From: Methanobacteriota archaeon
GTDB lineage: Archaea; Halobacteriota; Bog-38; Methanoflorentales; Methanoflorentaceae
Reading direction: 5' to 3'
DNA length: 64,000 nt
Assembly: GCA_963719035.1 (NCBI GenBank)
Contig: CAVRAO010000012.1
Location: 128,001 to 192,000, forward strand
Under the pieces are notes generated by a model that was not told where the DNA came from, did no database searches, and worked only from the letters and a program-made list of their open reading frames with translations. Positions 49,429-60,209 of the stretch are shown here, in pieces. The position numbers were made by a program, and so were the translations under genes. Every line of letters begins with the position of its first letter. Position 1 is the stretch's first letter.

Positions 49429-50766
49429 TTAACCACTGCTCGCGACACTGACGTCAGTTACGCGAATCGTTGGCGTCGTCAATCCAAAGTACGTCTTGGC
49501 ATCTCGACTCAGCCCATCGATCTGCTTCAGCAAATCGAGGACGTTGATTCCTATGTTCGTTTGTTTCAGAGCGTGTTTGCGTTCGCCGTTTTCGATGGAA
49601 TATCCCGCGTACACCATACCGGAGAACTCCCCTGTACTCATGTTCGGGTGATCGCCTGTTGCGCGGACATAGATACCACGTCGCACGTCCTTAATAACAT
49701 CAGCCTCGTGACCATTTGCGATTATTAGATTTGTCGAAGAAATTGAAGGCGGTTGTCGATAGTCTCCCCGAGAGGCGTTTCCTGTGCTCATCTTGTCTTC
49801 TTTGTTTGCAGTATAACTGTCGTATAGATATGAACATAAGACGCCATTTTCGATGAGGGGGGTCCGCTGTGATGGCACGCCTTCCGCATCAAACGGGCTC
49901 GTCTCAAAACCGCCCTTTAGGAGCCCATCATCAACGAGCGTGAAACCGTTTATAGTGATCTGTTCGCCGATTTTTCCCGTAAGGAACGACCGATCTCGTT
50001 GTGCATCATCGGCGCTCACGGCTGTAGCAGCGGCGATAACCGGTCCCACAGCAAGTGGGTCAAAAACGACCGGCATCTTGCCCGATTGAATCGGCTGTGG
50101 ATTCATGCTACTCAGTGCCATCTCTCCTGCGGTACGCCCGACTAACTCGATGTCTAAATCGAGGCGCCGAGACGCAGCATACTCGAAGCCATTCCCACTG
50201 GCGTCTCTCTCGTGTGCAACAACGTCCACGTCGATTGCCGCTTGCGTCCCACTGTCTGTCCCTACCACCCCGAGCGTATTTGCGATGGCATCACTAAACA
50301 GTCCGACTGATGCACCAGAATTGATGATGTCGACGCGCTTATCAATGCGGGAAGCGTCGGCTACGTCAATGGCAAACTGCACTACGGTTGCGACATCGAG
50401 AGATGCGATTGTACGATCCCAAGTGTCGGACACAGTTGGGTAGCTCTCGGGGAGCGAAAGAGACTTAAAATCCTTATCAGGGCTCCCCGCGCGTGCTGCC
50501 GAGATCGCCTTTTCGACAGCGAATTCAACCCGTTCGAGAGATGCGTGCGCGTAGCCCATGCTGCCCTTCTTAAAGACCCGAACGCCAATGCCACACTCGA
50601 AGCCGCTTTGACTCGATTTGATATGTCCTTTTTCGAGCTCTGCGCTAATAGAGTTCGAATGGGTGGCGAACGCCTCTCCTTGATAGATTGATGTGTCTAT
50701 GAGCGCCAATGCCTGGATACAAGCGTCGAGGAGCGCGCTCTCTCGCTCAGCGGCTGTGGTCGTCAC
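49429..50766 (-). CDS. pmbA: TldE/PmbA family protein
   Basis: PFDAEG, STGNA.R, TGEFS; lacks HExxxH. Confidence 0.88.
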   Translation of the reverse strand: MTTTAAERESALLDACIQALALIDTSIYQGEAFATHSNSISAELEKGHIKSSQSGFECGIGVRVFKKGSMGYAHASLERVEFAVEKAISAARAGSPDKDFKSLSLPESYPTVSDTWDRTIASLDVATVVQFAIDVADASRIDKRVDIINSGASVGLFSDAIANTLGVVGTDSGTQAAIDVDVVAHERDASGNGFEYAASRRLDLDIELVGRTAGEMALSSMNPQPIQSGKMPVVFDPLAVGPVIAAATAVSADDAQRDRSFLTGKIGEQITINGFTLVDDGLLKGGFETSPFDAEGVPSQRTPLIENGVLCSYLYDSYTANKEDKMSTGNASRGDYRQPPSISSTNLIIANGHEADVIKDVRRGIYVRATGDHPNMSTGEFSGMVYAGYSIENGERKHALKQTNIGINVLDLLKQIDGLSRDAKTYFGLTTPTIRVTDVSVASSG

Positions 50767-52152
50767 CTATATCCCCCCGACGACAACATTGCTGACCCGC
50801 ATATAGGCCCCACCTGTGGTGTTCGGAGTCATTTGTCCGCCTTTTCCGCACGTTCCGGGCTCGAACGTCAAAGTTTGTCCTATGGCGCTGATATTATGAA
50901 GAACCTCGAGAGTCATCGCGCTCAGTGCGGCGTCTCTCAAATGATCCTGTAGTTCGCCGTGTTCGACGACGTACGCCTCTCTGCTTTTAAACGTTAGCAT
51001 CCCTGTTGTAGGAGTTGTGTAGCCATATTGCCAACCGACAAAGTATATCCCACTAAACCCGTCGAGTAGTTCCTCGAACGTATAGCCCCCAGGCTCAAAG
51101 AAGGTGTTACTCATCCGAACGATGGGCGGATCGTCATATCGCTGGGCACGCGCGCTACCGTTCGATCCTAAGCCAAGGCGCGACCCAGTCTCGACATCCG
51201 TGAGGTAGCTCTGTAGAATCCCGCGCTCCATAAGCATCTTCCGCCGCGTCCGTACACCCTCATCATCGTAGGCCAAGTAGCCATAGCTCTGCAAACTCGG
51301 ATCGTCAACAATCGTAACCGCATCAGAGCCAATCCTCTGCGTAAGCTTGCCGGCGAGGATGGACGTACCCGAAATGATCGCATCAGCTTCGGCAGCATGT
51401 CCGAATGCCTCGTGTGCAAAAACACCTGACAGCGACGGATCGAGCATGGCTTCGAACTGTCCAGATGGTGCCGGTTTTGCATCGAGAAGCGAAACTGCCT
51501 GTGATGCTGCAATTCGACCGATGTCCGCGTCGTTTGAAAACAGCTCAAATCCCTTTGAGTCGCCTCTCGCCTTATAGCCAGATTGCCGAAGTGCGCCTTC
51601 TTTGGCGAAGATCATGGCACGCGCGATCGATCGTACCACGGTCTCATCGATGTAAGTTCCCTCAGAATTTGCGATTACCTTCCGCAGCACAAGGTCACTG
51701 TAGCCGATCTCTGTACTGTTGACGCGGTCATCTGTTTCTTTAGCTTCTTGCTCTTGGTGGAGCACATAGTTGAGCTTGTCTGCGATCGAGACGTGGGTCG
51801 GTAGCCGCTGTACGGTTGGTGTCACAGTGTCTTCAAACACCGGCACATCGATTGAAAACTTTTCAGCGCGCGCAAATACAGCTTTAGCTAGACTAACTGC
51901 GCGTTCAGCGCAGTTTACCAGCCCTTTTCGATCCACTTGTGTGGTATACGCAAACCCCCACGCGCCGTCTAAAAAAGCTCTTATTCCAGCTCCGAGCTCA
52001 TTAGAGCTTTTTATCTTCGTAATTCCGTCTTTCGTTGAGATGGATGTGCCTTCGGAGCTTTCGAGTCTAATATCGGCAAATTGGGCCCCACGAGCACGTG
52101 CATTGCTGAGGGCGTCTTCAACGTCTGCCCGCTTTTCGCTTAGTTCTTGCAT
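50767..52152 (-). CDS. tldD: TldD family metalloprotease
   Basis: HEAFGH, YDDEG, RMSNT, CGK.GQ. Confidence 0.92.
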   Translation of the reverse strand: MQELSEKRADVEDALSNARARGAQFADIRLESSEGTSISTKDGITKIKSSNELGAGIRAFLDGAWGFAYTTQVDRKGLVNCAERAVSLAKAVFARAEKFSIDVPVFEDTVTPTVQRLPTHVSIADKLNYVLHQEQEAKETDDRVNSTEIGYSDLVLRKVIANSEGTYIDETVVRSIARAMIFAKEGALRQSGYKARGDSKGFELFSNDADIGRIAASQAVSLLDAKPAPSGQFEAMLDPSLSGVFAHEAFGHAAEADAIISGTSILAGKLTQRIGSDAVTIVDDPSLQSYGYLAYDDEGVRTRRKMLMERGILQSYLTDVETGSRLGLGSNGSARAQRYDDPPIVRMSNTFFEPGGYTFEELLDGFSGIYFVGWQYGYTTPTTGMLTFKSREAYVVEHGELQDHLRDAALSAMTLEVLHNISAIGQTLTFEPGTCGKGGQMTPNTTGGAYMRVSNVVVGGI

Positions 52153-52369
52153 CAGCGATTACATCTCCGTACGACTAACATTGAGCTTGGATAAATGGTT
52201 TTCCACGAGACGTTAGGCCCGCCAATGTCATCTCTAAGCCTTAGCCCTCGATTCTCAGCACGCTGCTCAGATCTATTAATCAAGGCACCGTGGACGCGTA
52301 GTTTATAAAGACTAACGTCTACCTGATTACAGGAAACAAAGCTGGTCAAACGTCAAACGAGGTGTTTAT

Positions 52370-52654
52370 CTGATCCAAGAACAACCGAGTAAGGTAAGAT
52401 TGCCTAGAAAAAATAGCAACGAAATCTTTGGGACGGTCGAAAAGATGCTCGGTGGAAGCCGAATTACAGTTCGTTCTCAAGACGGAAAAACTCGCATGGG
52501 GCGAATTCCCGGGAAAATGAAAAGGAGAGTGTGGCTCCGTGTGGGCGATGTAATTATTATCAGACCGTGGAGCATCCAAGATGAAAAGGCGGACGTTGTG
52601 TGGCGGTATCTTCCCCCACAAGCTGACTGGTTGAGAAGAAAAGGATACATTTAA
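52370..52654 (+). CDS. eif1a: Archaeal translation initiation factor 1A
   Basis: RLP, MLG, DG..R..RIPGK, W...GD, W..Q..K.D..WRY; probable CTG start 5 nt after GAGGTG. Confidence 0.93.
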   Translation: MIQEQPSKVRLPRKNSNEIFGTVEKMLGGSRITVRSQDGKTRMGRIPGKMKRRVWLRVGDVIIIRPWSIQDEKADVVWRYLPPQADWLRRKGYI

Positions 52655-52741
52655 CCGCTCTACACGTTCCTACGCATATCTTTTTATTCTTGAATTGTTT
52701 TTCGTTGAGTTTTTGTTTGGAGCTATGACGTTAACTTAGCA

Positions 52742-53953
52742 ATGAAAACAAGATCCGATGAATATGACGTTATAGTAGTAGGGGCGGGCCCAGCAGGGTC
52801 TGTGGCTGCACAAAACGCAGCTGCCGACTGCGATGTCCTCTTAGTTGAGAAACGCCAGGAGATCGGCTCGCCTGTAAGGTGTGCAGAAGGCGTGCCCCTG
52901 ATAGAAACGCCATTCGTTTTTCACACGTCATTCGAAAAATATGTAAAACCTGACAAGAAGTGGGTCGCGAGCGAAGTGAGGGGAGTCTGCGCCAACGCCC
53001 CGGATGGAACAACAGTTGAAGTTTCGGGGGAGATGCTTGGCGTGGATGGGCCGCTTGGCTTTGTATTGGAGCGCAAGCTCTTCGATAGACAGCTTGCGAA
53101 AGACGCCGCTCGTGCTGGGGCGCAGGTTATGGTGCGCACCCGCGCAACGGGGCTCATTTTGGAGGATGGCGCAGTAAGGGGCGTTAAACTCAACCGCTTG
53201 GGGGAGGACTTTGAGGCTCGCGCTCAGGTGGTTATAGGTGCCGATGGCATTGAATCGCAGGTGGGTAGGTGGGGCGGCATAGACACGACGCTTAAGCTCA
53301 AGGACATTGAGAGCTGCGCTCAATATCATATGCAAAACGTCGAACTAAAGGAGAACACGCTCGAGTTCTACTTTGGCTCGAATGTGCCAGGCGGTTACGC
53401 TTGGGGTTTTCCCAAGGGAAACGGCGCAGGCAATATCGGACTTGGGGTGCTCGGAAGCAAGTTGAGTGGCAAGCGGCCGCTTGATTACCTCAACAACTTT
53501 GTCTCGCAGCACTTTCCAGATGGCAAACCAGTTGAACTCGTAGTGGGGGGCTGCCCGGTTAGCGATGCGCTTTCGACCATCGTAGCAGATGGACTCATGC
53601 TCATAGGTGATGCTGCACGGCACACTGAGCCGATCACCGGTGGAGGAATTATGGCGGCACTCCAAAGCGGGACGATCGCGGGGGTGGTCGCGAGTAAAGC
53701 CGTGCGCCAAAATGACGCCTCATCCAAAGTACTGCGTGAGTACGAAGATGAATGGCAATCCTCGTTTGGCAAAGAGCGTAAACTGATGTACAAAGCCAAA
53801 GAGTTCGTCGTATCTCTTTCCGATGACGAAATCAACAAGATCTTTCACGCATTTACAGGAATCGCAGCTGGAGAGTTGAACCTTAAAGGCGCTGTGAGAC
53901 GGTTGTTAGGATTGGATCCACGGCTTATGCTTAAAATGCGTCAACTGCTGTGA
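52742..53953 (+). CDS. Digeranylgeranylglycerophospholipid reductase / geranylgeranyl reductase
   Basis: GAGPAG, EIG.PVRCAEG, PGGY.W.FP, GDAA....P.TGGGI. Confidence 0.92.
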   Translation: MKTRSDEYDVIVVGAGPAGSVAAQNAAADCDVLLVEKRQEIGSPVRCAEGVPLIETPFVFHTSFEKYVKPDKKWVASEVRGVCANAPDGTTVEVSGEMLGVDGPLGFVLERKLFDRQLAKDAARAGAQVMVRTRATGLILEDGAVRGVKLNRLGEDFEARAQVVIGADGIESQVGRWGGIDTTLKLKDIESCAQYHMQNVELKENTLEFYFGSNVPGGYAWGFPKGNGAGNIGLGVLGSKLSGKRPLDYLNNFVSQHFPDGKPVELVVGGCPVSDALSTIVADGLMLIGDAARHTEPITGGGIMAALQSGTIAGVVASKAVRQNDASSKVLREYEDEWQSSFGKERKLMYKAKEFVVSLSDDEINKIFHAFTGIAAGELNLKGAVRRLLGLDPRLMLKMRQLL

Positions 53954-53978
53954 CTGTTAGGGTCTCCAACAGTTTAGC

Positions 53979-54569
53979 TTAGAGTCTCTTTACCTCTTCT
54001 GTCTTAGGCTTACGTCGAAACAGGCGATCCCTCAATGATCGTTTCGGCGGTTCCTCATCGATCTCTGGCAGGGGTGCTTGCACTTCCTCAGCTTCTACCT
54101 CATCTTGGGTTGATTGCAAAGGTGAAGACACAGGCTGCGGTAGCAAGCGAGTAAGGGCTTCGCTTACGTCCGCGAGCCGGTCAATGACCTTGCTAGACTC
54201 ACTCCCATAGAATCCTGCAATGGTCTCATACCGTTTGATCTCATCCTCGCGCGCCAGTTTAAAGCTCTCGTACTGCGCTGTCAGCCTCTCTATCATATCC
54301 GTTTTCATGAAAAGGAGCTCTTCCTTATGATGCAGCTCCCTTTCCCGCTTTTCCAGTTCTGTTTCTAAGCGAATCACCGTGTCACGTGGCACCATTAGTG
54401 TTTCGAGGCGTTTGTCTGCAGTATGCCCATTGGCCCGTGTTGTGCCTAGATATGTGTCTAGTGCCGTAGTAACGATTTTACTCCGACTGCTATTTTCGGA
54501 CCGTGCCTGCTTATCAGCAGCGGCCAAGAGCTCGTCTGAAATGGCAATAGTAACCTTGTTTAATGGCAT
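53979..54569 (-). CDS. Ribbon-helix-helix (CopG-like) protein with a coiled-coil C-terminus
   Basis: KVTIAISDELL...D..A.....SRS.IV..AL..YL, then heptad repeats. Confidence 0.75.
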   Translation of the reverse strand: MPLNKVTIAISDELLAAADKQARSENSSRSKIVTTALDTYLGTTRANGHTADKRLETLMVPRDTVIRLETELEKRERELHHKEELLFMKTDMIERLTAQYESFKLAREDEIKRYETIAGFYGSESSKVIDRLADVSEALTRLLPQPVSSPLQSTQDEVEAEEVQAPLPEIDEEPPKRSLRDRLFRRKPKTEEVKRL

Positions 54570-54675
54570 CTAACCCCTCACAATCACAATAAAAGGGCAT
54601 ACGCGTCGTTAGCTAATTAAGTCACACCATAGTATGACCGCTTCATACTTGAGTTTATTGTGGGTCAACGGAGTT

Positions 54676-55203
54676 TTCCACTAAATGATTCGCACTATTT
54701 CCGATGCAAATTCCAAAACTTATTTTTTAAAAAAAGCTATTTTAGTGGCCTAAACGCCAAAATAACGAAAAAAAAAGCTATTTGCTAAATCTAAATCGCT
54801 TGATTACCCTTTTGAACAAACGGGACGCTTAAATAGCGTCGTTGCTACCGCTCGCTGCTTCAAGCTAAAACGGCAGTCGAAATGGAGCTGGAAACTATTT
54901 ATAACGGTTTTAGTATCATCAGCGAAATGAAATTCTTTCTGTTGGGCCCAAGAAACGAGATTGAGTCGTAAATACGGCCAGAATGTGCTTTAATTGTCAA
55001 AATAAAAATCTTAGCGCAATCGAATACCCCTATTTCGAGTCCAGATTTCAAAAAGAAGGATAAAATAGAAACGAAATCGTTAAATATTATCAAAGTGAGG
55101 TTTATTGTGTCGATGCAGCGGGAGCCGGGCCGCGCCTAAAGGCCCTACCTCAAAACGCGCTCTTTTCGTTTGGCGGGCCCGTGCTCCACGTTGGTCGTCG
55201 CAT
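54676..55203 (+). repeat. Dispersed ~530-bp non-coding element, copy 2
   Basis: Same motif blocks as 10154-10675, at an offset of 44520-44522 nt. Confidence 0.85.
55107..55203 (+). ncRNA. Candidate small hairpin RNA, copy 2
   Basis: cgatg/cgtcg, cagcg/cgttg, ggagc/gctcc, cgggcc/ggcccg, cgcc/ggcg; loop contains ggccctacctc; TATA at 55080; T-rich tract follows. Confidence 0.65.
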
Positions 55204-55245
55204 GTTTTCGATATTTTCTCTTCTTTCCTTTCGTTATACTTTTCG
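55204..55245 (+). terminator. T-rich archaeal terminator-like tract after hairpin RNA copy 2
   Basis: gttttcgatattttctcttctttcctttcg. Confidence 0.4.
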
Positions 55246-55269
55246 ATTTGTTACAGTGAGTTCTATGTG

Positions 55270-55812
55270 CTAACGACGATTCCAAAATCGCGAAAAGGTG
55301 CTCTGCGATCGAGGTGATTCTTCAAAACTGTGCATAAAAAAAAGCTTAAAGTACGAGCCGTCTATTTTTTTTCTCATGATTACCTTGAACCCTAGCCTTT
55401 CATACATAGCTAGAGCTGCTTCATTGGTCTCCCACGTAGTGATGAGTGATGCGTCCATTCCATCTTGGAAGAGCTTTGACATCGCGAATTGTACCAATTT
55501 TATTCCAATACCGATTCGTCGAAACTCAGGGAGCACTGCGAGCGTTTCTATGAGACCGAGTTGTGGGCGTCTGTAGTTATAGATGACAGCTACGACGCCA
55601 ATGACTCTCTCGCCGTCCACTGCCTTGATCCAACCCCGCCGCCTATCGTTTAAGATCCGTGTTATTTTGACGCGCAAATTCTCACCGTCGGTAAGCGGCG
55701 GCACAAACTCGTTATTGACGACGTTGAGCAGGTTGAGGATGTCGTTAAAGTCGTTCCAGTTCGCTTCACAAATTGTGAACGTCTCGAGCGGTTCCAGCAA
55801 TCGCATTACCAT
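55270..55812 (-). CDS. GNAT family N-acetyltransferase
   Basis: AV.PEFRR.GIG..L, N..A..MYE.LGF. Confidence 0.9.
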   Translation of the reverse strand: MVMRLLEPLETFTICEANWNDFNDILNLLNVVNNEFVPPLTDGENLRVKITRILNDRRRGWIKAVDGERVIGVVAVIYNYRRPQLGLIETLAVLPEFRRIGIGIKLVQFAMSKLFQDGMDASLITTWETNEAALAMYERLGFKVIMRKKIDGSYFKLFFMHSFEESPRSQSTFSRFWNRR

Positions 55813-55836
55813 CCATTATCGTTGTTATCGGTACTA

Positions 55837-56469
55837 CTAGCACAGGAGGAGGAGAGCATTCAACACGACTCGATCAGAGGCAGCCTCTTCAAAGGGTAAG
55901 CCGGCTTTGCGCGCCGTCTCGCCCACGTCGATTCCCATCGCTTCCATCGATGGTCTTGCCTTATACGGGTTGCGGCAGCGATTCCCGACACCAGCACATG
56001 TTTCACATAAAGTACATTTCCCGGCCGAAAACGCTGTGGCGTATTTGAAGCCCTTTTTAAACGCCGTAGCCTCGAGACGCTCGGCGATCGACTCGAGCGT
56101 GTTCTTAGCCACCAAATACGTCTTATCCCACCCTTTGAGGTATGTCTCATCATTGTAGAGAGCTGCAAGATCATCTGCCGCGTGGATTCGCGCGAGCATC
56201 CAGTCAGGCACGTCGTACCCAATCTGGATGAGCAGCGCCTTTTTAAATCGCGCGAGGACACTCCTAAACTCATCAAGGGGCATTACGGTAGGGGGGCACA
56301 TGAGGGAAACGCCGTAATTCCTACACACTGGTACACAGCATTTGAGTCGGACCCGTTCATCTACTACGACGTCCTTCGCGTCGAATACTCGAGCTGCAGT
56401 CGCGCCGAGTTCGCCAGCCGTTTTTAGAAACTCGCGAAATTGTGTATCGTTATCACAGATTGCATCCAT
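55837..56469 (-). CDS. DUF2284 metal-binding protein
   Basis: RLKC..P.C..YG....CPP, G.C.LC..C, C..P..ARPSMEA.GIDV. Confidence 0.88.
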   Translation of the reverse strand: MDAICDNDTQFREFLKTAGELGATAARVFDAKDVVVDERVRLKCCVPVCRNYGVSLMCPPTVMPLDEFRSVLARFKKALLIQIGYDVPDWMLARIHAADDLAALYNDETYLKGWDKTYLVAKNTLESIAERLEATAFKKGFKYATAFSAGKCTLCETCAGVGNRCRNPYKARPSMEAMGIDVGETARKAGLPFEEAASDRVVLNALLLLC

Positions 56470-56712
56470 CACTAACCGGTTAGCACATAGCGATCGCAAC
56501 TATAAGAAAGTTGTCCGGAATGAAACTCGAGTTCGTTGGCTCGCTTGCCCCCCCCTCTTGGTCTTTTTGCAGCCCAGAAAATGAACTGCAAGTGAATATG
56601 ACTTCAATGCCACCCCCGTTATGAGGCACGCACACGTCTTAAACTTTCAAGAGTAAGGAAGTTGCAGTTCGCTTTTTTACACTAATTGACGACCCGTGAA
56701 TCACATCGGTAG

Positions 56713-57846
56713 TTATACAAGTGTAAGTTCGACAGCTCGCGGGTTCTGTAACTCCTTCAGTTCTTTGACTAAGATGGCGTGAGCGTCCTGCAAGGCGTCT
56801 AAATCGGCAATGTGCGTTTTTTGTTGAACCTTCTCAAGGTGTTCCCGATTTACTAAGGTCGTGGCGCGTATCCTTTCATAGTCCCCGGAAGTCACGAGCT
56901 TCTGAATCTCCCTTAAGGAGGTAAGTAGGGTAGTCGCCGCGCCTAATTTCGACAAGAAGGCGATAATCCTAGGAATCTTGACGGCAAGTGACACGTCAGG
57001 CTCGTCGAGAGAGATTTTGAGAGCTTCACGTCGCTTGATATCAACAAGCAACTCAAGCCAGACGATGTTTGACTCCAAGACCTGCCTGAATCCCGTTGGA
57101 TCTCCAACGTAGTGCGAAAGCTTGCTATCTGAGTACTTGGCATATTCGATGAATCGGTAGAGGGGGAGCGAAGCGAATCCCTCGCTTACCACAAAAGATA
57201 GCAGCCCCTCAGCGTTTTTATAGCTCGGTGGCTGCGGGAAATTCAGTTCAGGGTGGTAGCTCGCATCAAGGCTTACCCTGAGGACGTCTGTGAGGGGGGC
57301 CTCTTTGAAGGACGTCTCCAAGAATGTGCCGACGCTGTCGTTATAAGCGGCAATTTTTTCTTTCAACGAGACAAGTTCATCAAGTGATGTGACATCAATT
57401 TTCTGCAAAGACTCATAGTACGCAGTCTTCTCTTGGATCTCCGCTTCTAGAGCTTCACAACGAGCGCGTACTTCGATATAGCTCTTCTTGTATTCGTCAA
57501 ACAGTGAACGCTGCTCTGTCAAAAGCCCTATAACAGTAATCCGGTCAAGCTCTTTCGTTGCTGTTTCAAACCTACGTTTCTTGAGAGCAGCGAGAGCTTT
57601 GTCAAATCGCTCCGTGTAGTCAAGTAAGTCGTCGTCGTGCGCTTTTCCGATGCGGCGAGCGACTCGTTCTAAGCGTTTGGTCAGGTCAAGATGCACTCGA
57701 AATGTATCAGAGGTATCCTCAAATTCTTTTATAAGCCTTCTTAGTTCTTGATTGAAACGTTCTACTAGTTCAAGTCGGTCGCGCCCAGCCTCACGTATTC
57801 GGTCATTGATCGCGCCGATTTCCACGAGAAGGTCAAGGGGTTCCAA
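56713..57846 (-). CDS. Hypothetical helical / coiled-coil protein
   Basis: 377-aa ORF co-oriented with and just downstream of mptA. Confidence 0.7.
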   Translation of the reverse strand: MEPLDLLVEIGAINDRIREAGRDRLELVERFNQELRRLIKEFEDTSDTFRVHLDLTKRLERVARRIGKAHDDDLLDYTERFDKALAALKKRRFETATKELDRITVIGLLTEQRSLFDEYKKSYIEVRARCEALEAEIQEKTAYYESLQKIDVTSLDELVSLKEKIAAYNDSVGTFLETSFKEAPLTDVLRVSLDASYHPELNFPQPPSYKNAEGLLSFVVSEGFASLPLYRFIEYAKYSDSKLSHYVGDPTGFRQVLESNIVWLELLVDIKRREALKISLDEPDVSLAVKIPRIIAFLSKLGAATTLLTSLREIQKLVTSGDYERIRATTLVNREHLEKVQQKTHIADLDALQDAHAILVKELKELQNPRAVELTLV

Positions 57847-57865
57847 TCAAAGTCCATCTGGCAGT

Positions 57866-58840
57866 TTAAGTCTCGCAAAATGCTTTGGCTTCAACTTCGT
57901 TTTCGAGTGCAAGCTCTTGGCGAAGCTCCTCGAGCGATGCCACACGTTCGGCAAAGGCGTTATGACGGTGAATGCTTTCTTCATTGAGCTGTTTTATAGT
58001 GATAATCGAGTCGTCAGGCAAGTAAGGAAATGCCTCGACTACTTTGTGGGCCATAACCCGAACACAGTCCTCGACGAACTTGGGGTTCTTGTGAGCAGTT
58101 TCAACGACGACAGCTTCGTCGGTTCGCTTGAGCAGTTCGTAAATCCTGGAGCTCATCGACTGTTCGACGATTTCGATAATCGTATCGAGTGGCACCTCGT
58201 AGCCCGTGCCGACCTCGATAGAGATTGTCCCCCGTCCTCGCTGGTTATGGGTTGCAAGCGGGATATCCCGCAGAAACGCTTCAATGTCAGCAGGGGGGAT
58301 GTTGAGCTCCCGTAAGCGCATCTCAACCAACTCTCGCACATGCTCTTGGGCGCAGGGACACGCGGTCATTCCAACGACCTCAGCCCCGATCATCCTTCGC
58401 GTCTTGTGTTGCTTGTCACCTGTGCGATACGTCGTTGTCTCGGCGAAGATGTTGGTAATCTCTTGGGTCGTGATACCAGTGCTTGGGGTCTCCCGTTTGA
58501 CCATATATTCGCTACGCATGCGAACTTCAGCGCGTGACGCGTACTCGTGTCGATCGAGCAGCTTCTCAGCGACGTCCCCGCAAAACTGCTCTATTTCGTA
58601 AACAGGGGCGTTCAGTGCTTCTTCCAACGCCTCGTCCATGACTTCAAAGTTCCTGCTTAAGTTGGCGCCTTTACGATCTGATGGCAGGTCGACGAATAAG
58701 TCGAACTCAGAGACTAAGATGATCGGGCGCTTATCACGTCGCGTAACCTTTATCAACTTCTTGACGTTAGTCACGCCGACTCGTGTAAGGTTTATAGAGA
58801 ATTCCGGTTTATTTGCCTGTACGTCAACTTGTGCGTCCAT
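57866..58840 (-). CDS. mptA: GTP cyclohydrolase MptA (FolE2 family)
   Basis: [40 protein letters not shown]. Confidence 0.95.
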   Translation of the reverse strand: MDAQVDVQANKPEFSINLTRVGVTNVKKLIKVTRRDKRPIILVSEFDLFVDLPSDRKGANLSRNFEVMDEALEEALNAPVYEIEQFCGDVAEKLLDRHEYASRAEVRMRSEYMVKRETPSTGITTQEITNIFAETTTYRTGDKQHKTRRMIGAEVVGMTACPCAQEHVRELVEMRLRELNIPPADIEAFLRDIPLATHNQRGRGTISIEVGTGYEVPLDTIIEIVEQSMSSRIYELLKRTDEAVVVETAHKNPKFVEDCVRVMAHKVVEAFPYLPDDSIITIKQLNEESIHRHNAFAERVASLEELRQELALENEVEAKAFCET

Positions 58841-58963
58841 TGTGCCCTCTGTTTCTTTTTACTACGAAATAATGCTTTTCATAAACCTTTAAATAGAGAC
58901 CGTCAATCAAACGGCGAACTGTCTTCACACGCGCGCACGGCGCTTCCTGTCTTTTTGCCGGAG

Positions 58964-60154
58964 CTATGAACCGGTTTTCGCAATCCCGAGCTTGATCATC
59001 GGTTTGATGAGCTTCAACAAACGAGGTGCTTTCGTGCTAAACAACAACTTGCGAAGGACGATAGAAGGATGATCCATGTCACCGTACCTCGAAATGATGT
59101 CCAACATCTGTTCATCGTCGAGGGCCCCGATAACGTAGTCTAGCTCTTCATCGCTGAGCTTGTTCAACCCATCGCGGATGCGTAACCCGGTCACGAGCTC
59201 GCGACCGACTTCAGACCGCCACTGCCTGTCGTACGCCATGAGAGTGCTCTTTGAAGTGTCGCTCTGCGTCACCGCTTGTCCGGCTACTGCACCTGCGATT
59301 TTTGCGCACAGCGTGCCAGTATAGACCCCTCCCCCGCTTGTCGGTTTGACTTGGCCTGCAGCATCTCCGACGATCAATATGCCGTCTGTGACCGTACACG
59401 CAGGCGGCCCGAGCGGTATGGCCCCCGCCGAAAACCGCACCATTGAGGCCGCAGAGCGCGGAGAAATGTGCCCTATAAGCGAATTAAGAAGCTCAATTGA
59501 TCGTTCGGACGAGCAGAGCCCGATCCTGACCGTGCCCCATCCTGTAGGGATCGCCCAAGCGAAGAAGCCAGGGGCTGCATGTTGTCCGACGTAAAGCTCA
59601 ACGAAATCCGAGTCGACGATGTCGGTATAAACTTCTGCTTGCGCGCACGTGAGCACCGATTGCACACGGTCTAATCCTGCGAGCCTCCCCACGGCGCTTT
59701 GTACACCATCGGCTCCGATGAGCACAGACGTCTCTATCTCAATCGGCTCTCCGTGGCTAATCGCTGTGACGAAAAGCTGAGTCCCTTTCCGTCGAAGACC
59801 GTTGAATCGCGTTTTGACAAGCGAGGCAACCCCTGATTTGAGAGCTTCTAACGCCAGTGCTCGATCGAGCTCTCCCCTGTCGACGACGTAGGCCATAGTT
59901 CGCTTGCCATCGACTCTCAAAACGCGGCCGCCCGGTGCGTGAATATGCGCGCCGCGGATTACATGCTTGCAGAGCGTTTCCGGCAACTCACACCCCTCGT
60001 ATGCTCGAGTGCTGATGAGGCCGGCGCACTGAACAGGCAGGCCGATAGTCGCGTGCTCTTCGATCATGAGCACGCGAGCGCCCGCTTTTGCGGCGTATTT
60101 TGCGGCCATTGAACCTGCAGGCCCTGCTCCGACGACAACGACATCGTACTCCAT
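58964..60154 (-). CDS. Geranylgeranyl reductase family flavoprotein
   Basis: GAGPAG, IG.PVQCAG, PGFFAW.IP, GDAAGQVKP.SGGG. Confidence 0.9.
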   Translation of the reverse strand: MEYDVVVVGAGPAGSMAAKYAAKAGARVLMIEEHATIGLPVQCAGLISTRAYEGCELPETLCKHVIRGAHIHAPGGRVLRVDGKRTMAYVVDRGELDRALALEALKSGVASLVKTRFNGLRRKGTQLFVTAISHGEPIEIETSVLIGADGVQSAVGRLAGLDRVQSVLTCAQAEVYTDIVDSDFVELYVGQHAAPGFFAWAIPTGWGTVRIGLCSSERSIELLNSLIGHISPRSAASMVRFSAGAIPLGPPACTVTDGILIVGDAAGQVKPTSGGGVYTGTLCAKIAGAVAGQAVTQSDTSKSTLMAYDRQWRSEVGRELVTGLRIRDGLNKLSDEELDYVIGALDDEQMLDIISRYGDMDHPSIVLRKLLFSTKAPRLLKLIKPMIKLGIAKTGS

Positions 60155-60209
60155 GTTCGTAAGCGCTTACGAGTTTACTATTTATATACTAAACCAGTCT
60201 TAGGCTCTC

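Noticed and set aside
56583-56670. 9-bp inverted repeat gaactgcaa/ttgcagttc upstream of the DUF2284 gene
   Set aside because: Too short to distinguish from chance; no known riboswitch motif.
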